A DNA stretch of 25,755 nt, taken from the IMG/VR virus record IMGVR_UViG_3300020459_000057, positions 1 through 25,755 of that record. One strand, given 5' to 3'. This DNA is from a virus. Its lineage: Duplodnaviria > Caudoviricetes. Positions 16,113 to 24,534 of the stretch are shown here, one piece after another. A model generated the notes under the pieces. The model was not told the origin of the DNA. It worked only from the letters and a program-made list of their open reading frames with translations, and did not search any database. Made by a program: the position numbers and the translations under genes. The first letter of the stretch is position 1, and every line of letters starts with the position of its first letter.

Positions 16113-17773
16113 CAACTGATCAAATATATCTGGGTAATCCCAATCTAAAGAAAACTAATGTAGCTATTCAGTGGACAAATGAACAGGTACAGGAATTTTT
16201 GAAGTGCAAATCTGATCCAATATATTTTGTTGAAAATTATATTCAGATTGTATCTCTGGATGAAGGTTTAGTTCCTTTCAAGATGTATCCTTTTCAGGAA
16301 AAACTTGTAAGAAACTTCCACGAGAATAGATTCAATATATGTAAGATGCCACGACAGACTGGTAAGTCTACTACGTGTGTGTCCTACTTATTACACTATG
16401 CAGTCTTCAATGATAATGTCAACATTGCTATTCTGGCAAACAAAGCTTCCACTGCTAGAGATCTACTTGGTAGATTGCAACTTGCATATGAAAATTTACC
16501 TCGGTGGATGCAACAAGGAATCGTCTCATGGAATAAAGGATCGTTAGAGTTAGAGAATGGTTCTAAGATTATTGCTGCATCTACATCTGCTTCCGCAGTT
16601 CGTGGTGGATCTTATAACATCATATTCCTAGATGAGTTTGCATTCATCCCAAATCATATTGCTGATCAGTTCTTTGCATCTGTTTATCCTACTATTAGTT
16701 CTGGTAAATCAACCAAGGTCATAATGGTTTCTACCCCTCATGGTATGAATCATTTCTATAGGTATTGGCATGAAGCACAGAGGGGTAATAATGAATACGT
16801 TGCAACAGAAGTTCATTGGTCTGAAGTACCTGGCAGAGATGCTAAATGGAAAGCACAGACTATTGCTAACACATCCGATCAACAGTTCAGAGTTGAGTTT
16901 GAATGTGAGTTCCTAGGATCTGTTGATACACTAATTACGCCAGCTAAACTTCGTGCCTTAGTATATGATAATCCAATACAATCTAATAAAGGATTGGACA
17001 TCTATGATAGACCAGAAAAGGAACATGATTATATCATTACAGTTGACGTTGCTAGAGGTGTAGGGATAGACTACTCAGCATTTGTAGTGTTTGATACTAC
17101 TAAGTTTCCACATGAGATTGTGGCGAAGTATAGGAACAATGAAATCAAACCTATGCTGTTCCCAAGTATCATACATGATATTGCGAAGACATATAACAAT
17201 GCTTATATACTTTGTGAAGTGAATGATATTGGAGATCAGGTTGCAAGTATTCTAAACTATGATCTTGAGTATGAGAATGTATTGATGTGTTCTATGAGAG
17301 GTAGAGCAGGACAAATAGTCGGTCAAGGATTCTCAGGCAATAAGACTCAACTTGGCGTGAAGATGTCCAAGACTGTCAAGAAGGTTGGATGTTCTAACCT
17401 AAAGACTATTATAGAAGATGACAAACTTATATTCAAAGATTACGAAATCATAAGTGAATTGACAACATTCATTCAGAAACATAACTCATTTGAAGCAGAA
17501 GAAGGATGTAATGATGACTTAGCAATGTGCTTAGTTATATTTGCTTGGTTGGTATGTCAGGAGTATTTCAAAGAAATGACTGATCAGGATATACGTCAGA
17601 GGATATATAACGATCAAAAGAATCAGATAGAACAAGATATGGCTCCCTTTGGATTCATTGTTGACGGACAGGAGGATGATACGTTCGTTGATAGTGATGG
17701 GGATTTATGGTCATCCGATAAAGACGTTACTAGTCAGTATGGTGATATGAGTTACATGTGGGAATTTCGCTAG
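16109..17773 (+). CDS. gp17: Terminase large subunit gp17
   Basis: YLGNPNLK N-terminus, Walker A KMPRQTGKST, Walker B IIFLDEFAF, and RNase H-like nuclease motifs ITVDVARG and NDDLAMCLV. Confidence 0.97.
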   Translation: MTTDQIYLGNPNLKKTNVAIQWTNEQVQEFLKCKSDPIYFVENYIQIVSLDEGLVPFKMYPFQEKLVRNFHENRFNICKMPRQTGKSTTCVSYLLHYAVFNDNVNIAILANKASTARDLLGRLQLAYENLPRWMQQGIVSWNKGSLELENGSKIIAASTSASAVRGGSYNIIFLDEFAFIPNHIADQFFASVYPTISSGKSTKVIMVSTPHGMNHFYRYWHEAQRGNNEYVATEVHWSEVPGRDAKWKAQTIANTSDQQFRVEFECEFLGSVDTLITPAKLRALVYDNPIQSNKGLDIYDRPEKEHDYIITVDVARGVGIDYSAFVVFDTTKFPHEIVAKYRNNEIKPMLFPSIIHDIAKTYNNAYILCEVNDIGDQVASILNYDLEYENVLMCSMRGRAGQIVGQGFSGNKTQLGVKMSKTVKKVGCSNLKTIIEDDKLIFKDYEIISELTTFIQKHNSFEAEEGCNDDLAMCLVIFAWLVCQEYFKEMTDQDIRQRIYNDQKNQIEQDMAPFGFIVDGQEDDTFVDSDGDLWSSDKDVTSQYGDMSYMWEFR

Positions 17774-17786
17774 ACACGTCCAAAAA

Positions 17787-17794
17787 TATAAATA
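17787..17794 (+). promoter_or_regulatory. T4 late promoter (TATAAATA) for gp18
   Basis: Perfect consensus in the intergenic gap, with a strong SD GAGGAG at 17826-17831. Confidence 0.8.
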
Positions 17795-17839
17795 ATTTCA
17801 GATTCATTCATATGACACTCTTATCGAGGAGACAAAAAA

Positions 17840-20059
17840 ATGGTTAGTAAATTAGCATCTCCTGGGGTATTTGTCCAGGAGAGAGACTTCACAAGGGGTG
17901 GCATTGATCCTTCATTCCTAAATTTTGGTGCGTTTGCAGGAGTATTTGAGAAAGGACCCATTGGGACACCAACTCTAGTCACTACTGAAGCTCAACTAAT
18001 TGACTTATTTGGCACACCAAATGATAATAATGCAGAGTATTGGTATACAGTATCGAACTTCTTAGAGTACGGTGGTGTATGTTATGTAGTCCGTATCGAA
18101 GATGCATCCCAGTTGAACGCTGTTACAGGTGGTGGTTCTGCTGAGTTGATCAAGAGTGCGGAGCATTGGGAGAACACAGTCTCCTCAGGTGCTGGTGCAT
18201 ATAACTTCGCTGCAAGAACAGCAGGAACATGGGGTAACAGTCTCGGTGTTGCAGTTGTAGACTACGGTGCAGACCAGACACTTACTCTCGATGCAGGATC
18301 ATACACTTTCGCAAAAGGCGACACAGTAGCTAATGTCGCAGAAGTTGTAGTTGATGACACAACAGAATTCGCTGCTGGCGAAACTGTATATGAAGCAACA
18401 ACTACAAATGTAAAAGGAACAGTAACATCTGTCAACGCAACAAACAAGACAATAAGAGTGTCGCTTGCTGCTGGACAGTCAATTGCTGTTGGAGATGGCA
18501 TCGCTGAGACAGCAAGTGCTGCAGCAGATGCAACAGTTAGTGCAGTCACAGTAAATACACTCTACGTATATAACTGGGATTCTGCAACTAAAAAGTTAGA
18601 CGTAATATCAGATTCATATCCTGGTAGCAAAATTATAGTAGGAGATAAGTTCCTTGATACTGCTGGATCACCTGCAACAGCAACTGTATCTGGTGTCGCT
18701 GATTGGTGGGATCTACAGACAGTTTACGCTGGTAAGTGGTGGTACACAATAGCAGGAAAACCTGGTACTTCTCAGTATGCAGCAGATAAAAATGCTAAGT
18801 ACGATGAAATGCACGTTGTTGTTTATGACAGTGATGGTGGTGTAACTGGAACTCCTGGTACAATCCTTGAGACATTTGCTAATGTTTCTAAGATAGCAGG
18901 TGCTAAGACTCCACAAGGAGAAGCAAATTACTTCGTTGATGTAATCCAGAACAATTCTGGTTATGTCTATGCTAAGTCAACAACATATACAGTAACTGAT
19001 ATTTCAGGATTGATTGCAACTCCTGGATCAGGTACTGATACAAATGGTCAGATTGGTTCTACTGATGCTGGTACTGCTGGTTCTATTCTAAGATACGATC
19101 TTCTTGGATCTGCTGGAATGACATTTGCAAGTGGTGCAGATGATAACCAACCTTCTCTTGGAGAAATTTCAACAGCATATGACGAGTTCGATGACGTTGA
19201 AACAATCGATGTAGACTTCATCATCCAAGGACCAGGCGGTGGAAACCTAACAGATTCTGTTACTAAAGCACAGAAGATTATAGGTATCTGTAATGCTAGA
19301 AAGGATTGCATGGGATTCATTTCACCATACAAGTCAACACAGGTTGGAGTTTCTAATTCTGCCACTCAACTATCAAACGTTGTTGAGTTCTACAATCAAT
19401 TGAATAGTAGTTCTTACGTTGTATTTGATAGTGGATACAAATACATGTATGACCGCTTCAACGATACATATCGTTATGTCCCTCTCAATGGAGACATCGC
19501 TGGTCTTATGGTAAATACTGCAACTGTTGCAGACCCTTGGTATTCACCAGCAGGTCTAAATAGAGGCGGTATTCGTAATGTTGTAAAACTTGCTTTCAAT
19601 CCTAAGAAAGCACAAAGAGATACTCTTTACACAAATAGAATCAACCCAGTTGCTTCTTTCCCTGGTGAAGGCACAGTACTCTTCGGTGATAAGACTGGTC
19701 TTTCAGTCAAGAGTGCATTCGATAGAATCAACGTTCGTAAGTTGTTCTTGGTTGTTGAAAAAGCAATCGCTAGAGCAGCAAGAGCACAACTCTTTGAATT
19801 CAATGATGTTGTTACAAGAACTCTATTCACTCAGATCGTTGATCCATACCTTCGTGATGTTCAAGCAAGAAGGGGTATCAATGACTACCTCGTTGTTTGT
19901 GACGAATCAAACAACACACCTTCAGTAATTGACTCTAATGAGTTCAGAGCTGATATCTACATCAAGCCCGCTAGGTCGATCAACTTCATTACTTTGACAT
20001 TCGTTGCTACACGCACTGGTGTCAGTTTCTCCGAAGTTGTTGCAGCTAACAGAGGCTAA
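17840..20059 (+). CDS. gp18: Tail sheath protein gp18
   Basis: Motifs LASPGVFVQERD, WYSPAGLNRG, FDRINVRKLFL and IYIKPARSINFITLTFVATRTGVSFSEV. Confidence 0.97.
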   Translation: MVSKLASPGVFVQERDFTRGGIDPSFLNFGAFAGVFEKGPIGTPTLVTTEAQLIDLFGTPNDNNAEYWYTVSNFLEYGGVCYVVRIEDASQLNAVTGGGSAELIKSAEHWENTVSSGAGAYNFAARTAGTWGNSLGVAVVDYGADQTLTLDAGSYTFAKGDTVANVAEVVVDDTTEFAAGETVYEATTTNVKGTVTSVNATNKTIRVSLAAGQSIAVGDGIAETASAAADATVSAVTVNTLYVYNWDSATKKLDVISDSYPGSKIIVGDKFLDTAGSPATATVSGVADWWDLQTVYAGKWWYTIAGKPGTSQYAADKNAKYDEMHVVVYDSDGGVTGTPGTILETFANVSKIAGAKTPQGEANYFVDVIQNNSGYVYAKSTTYTVTDISGLIATPGSGTDTNGQIGSTDAGTAGSILRYDLLGSAGMTFASGADDNQPSLGEISTAYDEFDDVETIDVDFIIQGPGGGNLTDSVTKAQKIIGICNARKDCMGFISPYKSTQVGVSNSATQLSNVVEFYNQLNSSSYVVFDSGYKYMYDRFNDTYRYVPLNGDIAGLMVNTATVADPWYSPAGLNRGGIRNVVKLAFNPKKAQRDTLYTNRINPVASFPGEGTVLFGDKTGLSVKSAFDRINVRKLFLVVEKAIARAARAQLFEFNDVVTRTLFTQIVDPYLRDVQARRGINDYLVVCDESNNTPSVIDSNEFRADIYIKPARSINFITLTFVATRTGVSFSEVVAANRG

Positions 20060-20100
20060 TCAACTTATAGACCTATCACCAAAACAATCGGAGTAAAGAA

Positions 20101-20697
20101 ATGGCAGAAGTAACAAAAGGTCCACAGAACGTCAACATCTCAGCCTTTAGAGAAAGGTTGAGAGGTGGTGGTGCTAGACCTAACCTGTATGAAGTTGTAC
20201 TCAACCTTCCTAACGGTCTCGACTTTGCAGACGCTTCAGGCGTTCAGGACAAGTCAAGATTCTTAGTAAAGGCTGCAGCACTTCCTGCATCTAACTTAGG
20301 AGTTGTAGAAGTTCCTTATCGTGGTCGTCAACTAAAGGTTGCTGGAGACAGAACCTTTGATACATGGACAGTTACTGTTCTAAACGACACTGATTTCAAA
20401 GTTCGTTCAGCAATGGAAGCATGGACAAACCAAATCAATAATAACTACACTAACATCGGTGTACAAAACCCAGATACATATCAACAAGATGCTTTTGTCT
20501 ATCAGTTAGATAGAGAAGAGAGGGTACTTAGAGGATATAAGTTCTTCGGAATTTTCCCAACTAACGTATCACAGATTGATCTTGCATTTGACACTAACGA
20601 CACAATCGAAGAATTCACAGTTGAATTTCAGGTTCAGTGGTGGCAAGCACAAGCAGGAGAATTGGGTGGTGAAGCAATCGCTGGAGCTAACTTCTAG
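20101..20697 (+). CDS. gp19: Tail tube protein gp19
   Basis: Motifs GGARPNLYEV, KAAALPAS, RGRQLKVAGDRTFDTWTVTVLND and IEEFTVEFQVQWW. Confidence 0.97.
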   Translation: MAEVTKGPQNVNISAFRERLRGGGARPNLYEVVLNLPNGLDFADASGVQDKSRFLVKAAALPASNLGVVEVPYRGRQLKVAGDRTFDTWTVTVLNDTDFKVRSAMEAWTNQINNNYTNIGVQNPDTYQQDAFVYQLDREERVLRGYKFFGIFPTNVSQIDLAFDTNDTIEEFTVEFQVQWWQAQAGELGGEAIAGANF

Positions 20698-20703
20698 GAC
20701 TTG

Positions 20704-20711
20704 ACTAAATA
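20704..20711 (+). promoter_or_regulatory. T4-like late promoter (ACTAAATA) for gp20
   Basis: Intergenic, 30 nt before ATG 20742. Confidence 0.65.
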
Positions 20712-20741
20712 GTATTAGAAAGAACTAGCAAAATTTTTGCG

Positions 20742-22394
20742 ATGGCTGAATTATTTGGATACTCAATTAAGAGAGCGAATCAGGGGAAGATAGATAGGAA
20801 AGCTGTCTCTCCTGTTCCACCAAATGAAGAAGATGGAGCAGTATCCATAGCGGCTGGTGGTCACTATGGATATTTTGTTGATCTTGATGGTGGTGGAAAA
20901 AATGAACATGAGCTCCTTAGGAGGTATCGTGAAATGTCGCTGCACCCAGAAGTAGATGGTGCTATTGAAGACATTATCAACGAGGCAGTTGTAAGTGACC
21001 TATATGATACTCCAGTTCAGATAGAACTATCTAATCTGGATTCAAGCAATAAGGTAAAGAAACTAATCAGAGAAGAGTTTGAATACGTAAAGAAACTCTT
21101 AGACTTTGATAAAAAGTCCCATGAGATATTCCGTAGATGGTATGTCGATGGGCGTTTATATTATCATAAACTAATTGATTTTGATGATCCTACAAAAGGA
21201 ATCACAGAACTGAGGTATATTGATCCTCAGAAAATCAAAATGGTAAAGGAAGTTGTCAAGGGAAGCAACAACGATAATAAAGATAACTTAGCAGCAAAGT
21301 ATGATTACGGTGCTGTATTAGAATATTTCATCTACAATCCAAAAGGCATCAAACAGAATCCTAGTCCTATGGGCATGGGTGCATCTGGTCCTATTGGGTC
21401 TGGAATAAAGATGTCTAAGGACGCAATTACTTTTGTTCAGTCTGGTTTACTAGATGCAAACAAAGGTATGGTTCTTTCATATCTCCATAAAGGAATCAAA
21501 GCACTAAACCAACTAAGAATGATAGAAGACTCTTTGGTCATCTATCGTATGTCAAGAGCACCAGAAAGAAGAATATTTTACATTGATGTTGGTAATCTTC
21601 CAAAGGTAAAAGCAGAACAATACCTCCGTGAGGTAATGTCTCGCTACAGAAACAAGATGGTTTATGATGCGAACACAGGTGAGATAAGAGACGATAAGAA
21701 ACATATGTCCATGTTGGAAGACTTCTGGCTTCCTAGACGTGAGGGTGGTAGAGGAACTGAAATCTCTACATTGCCTGGTGGACAGAACCTTGGTGAATTA
21801 TCAGACGTTGAATACTTCAAGAAGAAACTATACAGATCTCTCAATGTTCCCATCTCACGTATGGAAGCAGAGGGTGGTTTCAACCTTGGACGTTCATCAG
21901 AAATTCTTCGTGATGAATTGAAGTTTACTAAATTTGTAGGAAGACTCCGTAAGAAGTTTAGTGAACTCTTTATGGATCTACTCAAAACTCAACTTGTTCT
22001 AAAGGGTATTACTAGTCCTGAAGAATGGGATGATATGAAAGAGTATATCCAATTCGATTATATCTATGACAACCATTTCTCTGAACTCAAAGATGCAGAA
22101 CTTCTTCAAGAAAGAATCAATCTTGCATCTGCTGCAGATCCTTACGTTGGTAAGTACTTCTCTGTAGAGTATGTTCGTTCAGAAATCCTCAAGCAGACAG
22201 ATGGTGAGAGAGATGAAATGGATAAACGTATAGAGTATGAGAAGGATGAAGGTATCATTCCTCCATCTGAAGAGGAGTTGATGGCAATGCAAGGAATGGA
22301 TGGAGGAGCAGATCCTGCTTTAGGTGCTACACCTATGGATCCTGAAATCAATTCTTCCGCAGTCGAACCTCCTAATAACAAAGGAGTCATATAA
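20742..22394 (+). CDS. gp20: Portal vertex protein gp20
   Basis: Motifs RRWYVDGRLYYH, RAPERRIFYIDVGNLPKVKAEQY and EDFWLPRREGGRGTEISTLPGGQNLGE. Confidence 0.98.
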   Translation: MAELFGYSIKRANQGKIDRKAVSPVPPNEEDGAVSIAAGGHYGYFVDLDGGGKNEHELLRRYREMSLHPEVDGAIEDIINEAVVSDLYDTPVQIELSNLDSSNKVKKLIREEFEYVKKLLDFDKKSHEIFRRWYVDGRLYYHKLIDFDDPTKGITELRYIDPQKIKMVKEVVKGSNNDNKDNLAAKYDYGAVLEYFIYNPKGIKQNPSPMGMGASGPIGSGIKMSKDAITFVQSGLLDANKGMVLSYLHKGIKALNQLRMIEDSLVIYRMSRAPERRIFYIDVGNLPKVKAEQYLREVMSRYRNKMVYDANTGEIRDDKKHMSMLEDFWLPRREGGRGTEISTLPGGQNLGELSDVEYFKKKLYRSLNVPISRMEAEGGFNLGRSSEILRDELKFTKFVGRLRKKFSELFMDLLKTQLVLKGITSPEEWDDMKEYIQFDYIYDNHFSELKDAELLQERINLASAADPYVGKYFSVEYVRSEILKQTDGERDEMDKRIEYEKDEGIIPPSEEELMAMQGMDGGADPALGATPMDPEINSSAVEPPNNKGVI

Positions 22395-22401
22395 ATAAAT
22401 A
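22390..22401 (+). promoter_or_regulatory. T4 late promoter (TATAAATA, with overlapping AATAAATA)
   Basis: Perfect consensus at 22390-22397 spanning the gp20 stop, upstream of ATG 22420. Confidence 0.7.
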
Positions 22402-22419
22402 ATATATATTGAACATAGC

Positions 22420-22755
22420 ATGGAATTCGATACTATTGACGCTATAAACAATGGCAATAAAGCTTCTGCCATTGACCAGATGAAAGATATGCTTTCTCAG
22501 AAAGCTCTTGATGTGGTTGATGCTCACAGGCAAGCTATAGCACAACAGATGTTTGGTGATGCTATTGGTGCAGAACCAGTAGAAACCACAGATGAAATTG
22601 AGACTACACCTGAAGATGAAGTAATTGAACCTACTTTACCAGAGACTAGTCCAGAAGTAGAAGATACAGTAGCAAATGCTGCTGCAGCAATCGCTGGTGA
22701 ACAACCAGTATCCACAGAGGAACCAACAGATGAAACTGATCAAGGAACTGAATGA
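22420..22755 (+). CDS. Acidic prohead core protein (gp67-like)
   Basis: Lies between gp20 and gp21, as gp67/gp68 do in T4. Helical N-terminus and a very Glu/Thr/Pro-rich C-terminus. Confidence 0.65.
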   Translation: MEFDTIDAINNGNKASAIDQMKDMLSQKALDVVDAHRQAIAQQMFGDAIGAEPVETTDEIETTPEDEVIEPTLPETSPEVEDTVANAAAAIAGEQPVSTEEPTDETDQGTE

Positions 22756-23374
22756 AGAGGTAGATTACCTTGTCGAAGAGAATGAAGGTAAAAAGAACCA
22801 CTATATACAGGGTGTCTTTCTTCAATCTGAGATAACTAATCGAAACGGAAGGATGTATCCTAAGTCCGTATTGGACAGGGAGGTCAAAAATTATAGTGAG
22901 AAGTACATCAAGACTAATAGAGCTCTTGGTGAACTTGGTCATCCTGAAGGACCTACTGTAAACTTAGATCGTGTATCTCATAAGATTACAGAACTAAAGG
23001 AGGATGGTAATAACTTCGTTGGAAAAGCAAAACTGCTTGATACTCCAATGGGGAACATTGCAAAGAATCTTTTAGGAGAAGGAGTCAAGCTTGGAGTATC
23101 ATCCAGAGGGATGGGAACTCTAAAGCGTGAGAACGGTTCTAGTGTAGTTGGTGAAGATTTTATGCTTGCCACTGCTGCGGATATCGTATCAGACCCATCC
23201 GCACCCGATGCTTTCGTGGAAGGAATCATGGAAGGAAAGGAGTGGGTTTGGGAAAACGGAAGGTTAGCCGAGAAAGATGTAGCTGCTATCAAGCACGAAC
23301 TTGACCATGCTACGCTAATCAACATACAGGAGAAGAAAATCTCCGCATTTGAAACCTTTATCAAAGGTTTATAA
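22730..23374 (+). CDS. gp21: Prohead core protease gp21
   Basis: Start MKLIKE at 22730 (GAGG SD at 22717-22720) is preferred over 22676. Motifs NRNGRMYP, ALGELGHP, GVSSRGMG and ADIVSDPSAPDAFVEGIME. Confidence 0.96.
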   Translation: MKLIKELNEEVDYLVEENEGKKNHYIQGVFLQSEITNRNGRMYPKSVLDREVKNYSEKYIKTNRALGELGHPEGPTVNLDRVSHKITELKEDGNNFVGKAKLLDTPMGNIAKNLLGEGVKLGVSSRGMGTLKRENGSSVVGEDFMLATAADIVSDPSAPDAFVEGIMEGKEWVWENGRLAEKDVAAIKHELDHATLINIQEKKISAFETFIKGL

Positions 23375-23377
23375 TAT

Positions 23378-23385
23378 TATAAATA
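23378..23385 (+). promoter_or_regulatory. T4 late promoter (TATAAATA) for gp22/gp23
   Basis: Perfect consensus directly after the gp21 stop. Confidence 0.8.
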
Positions 23386-23431
23386 ATATCAGAAATAATT
23401 GTTTTTTGCCTATCATACGGAGAAACTAAAA

Positions 23432-24475
23432 ATGTCGGAACAGGTTATTGAAAAAGAACTACAGGAAATGGAACTACCTAGTCAATCAAAGACAAAGGCT
23501 AATGCAGCAGCAAAGCCTGGAGATCCAGCACCTAAAGCAGGAAGTAATGCAAGCAATGTGCAAACTCCTGGAAACTCTGCAAGCTACCAAGATCTTGGTG
23601 GTCCAACTGTAGATAACAACAAACCAGATGATGATAGTAATAAACTATCTTCTGGAAGCGGAGTTACTCAGAGCAGTACTGCTGTCAACTCAGGTAAGCA
23701 CTCAGGTGGTTCAGCTGATGGACAAGATTCTACTACAAAGAATAAGTACTTGTACAACTCAGTAGACTGGTCCGCTGACGTAGATGCTCTTGTAGGAACC
23801 GAAGAACTCAGTGAAGAGTTTAAGGAAAAAGCAAAAACAATTTTTGAAGCAGCAATCAACGGAAAGCTTGCTAAACTCTCTGAAGAACTAGAAGAGCATT
23901 ATGCTACTAAGTTTGAAGAAGAGTTGAAAGAAGCTAAGTCTGAGCTGACTGAAAAGGTTGATGCTACACTTCAGTACACAGCCGAAGAGTGGAAGGATGA
24001 GAATTCTCTCGCTATCGAGTCTGGAGTAAAATCAGAAATAGCCGAGTCCTTTATGGATGGGCTAAAAAGTCTTTTTGAAGAACATTATGTAACTATCCCT
24101 GAAGAAAAATATGATGCGTTCGATACTATGGTAGAAAAACTTGATGATATGGAGCAAAAGCTCAACGAACAAATCGAGAAGAACATTGGTCTTACTAAGG
24201 AGATCAGTGAGTCACGTAAGCAAATCGTTGTTGACGAGTCTGCACGTGGACTAACTGAAACCCAGAAAGATAAGTTCCAAGAACTTGTTGAAGGTGTTGA
24301 CTTTGAAAGTGAGGAATCCTACCGTGGAAAAATTGAGACAATACGTGAGTCATACTTCAAGTCTGAAGTACCTCAAGTAAAGTCGGATGAGCAAGAAGTA
24401 TTAGCAGAAGGTAACGTTGAGACAACTGCATCTATGGATTCATACCTCCGTGCTGTTACTGCTTATAAAAAGTAG
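23432..24475 (+). CDS. gp22: Prohead core scaffolding protein gp22
   Basis: ATG 23432 with GGAG SD is preferred over TTG 23399. Motifs ELSEEFKEKAKTIFEAA and ESFMDGLKSLFEEHYVTIPEEK. Acidic coiled coil. Confidence 0.94.
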   Translation: MSEQVIEKELQEMELPSQSKTKANAAAKPGDPAPKAGSNASNVQTPGNSASYQDLGGPTVDNNKPDDDSNKLSSGSGVTQSSTAVNSGKHSGGSADGQDSTTKNKYLYNSVDWSADVDALVGTEELSEEFKEKAKTIFEAAINGKLAKLSEELEEHYATKFEEELKEAKSELTEKVDATLQYTAEEWKDENSLAIESGVKSEIAESFMDGLKSLFEEHYVTIPEEKYDAFDTMVEKLDDMEQKLNEQIEKNIGLTKEISESRKQIVVDESARGLTETQKDKFQELVEGVDFESEESYRGKIETIRESYFKSEVPQVKSDEQEVLAEGNVETTASMDSYLRAVTAYKK

Positions 24476-24534
24476 ATTATCATTAGATAATAAAATCACT
24501 CACTAAAAAAACTTAACATAAGTAATTAAAAACC

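Noticed and set aside
22676-23431. Longer starts given by the track for gp21 (22676) and gp22 (23399)
   Set aside because: SD positions and family N-termini support 22730 and 23432.
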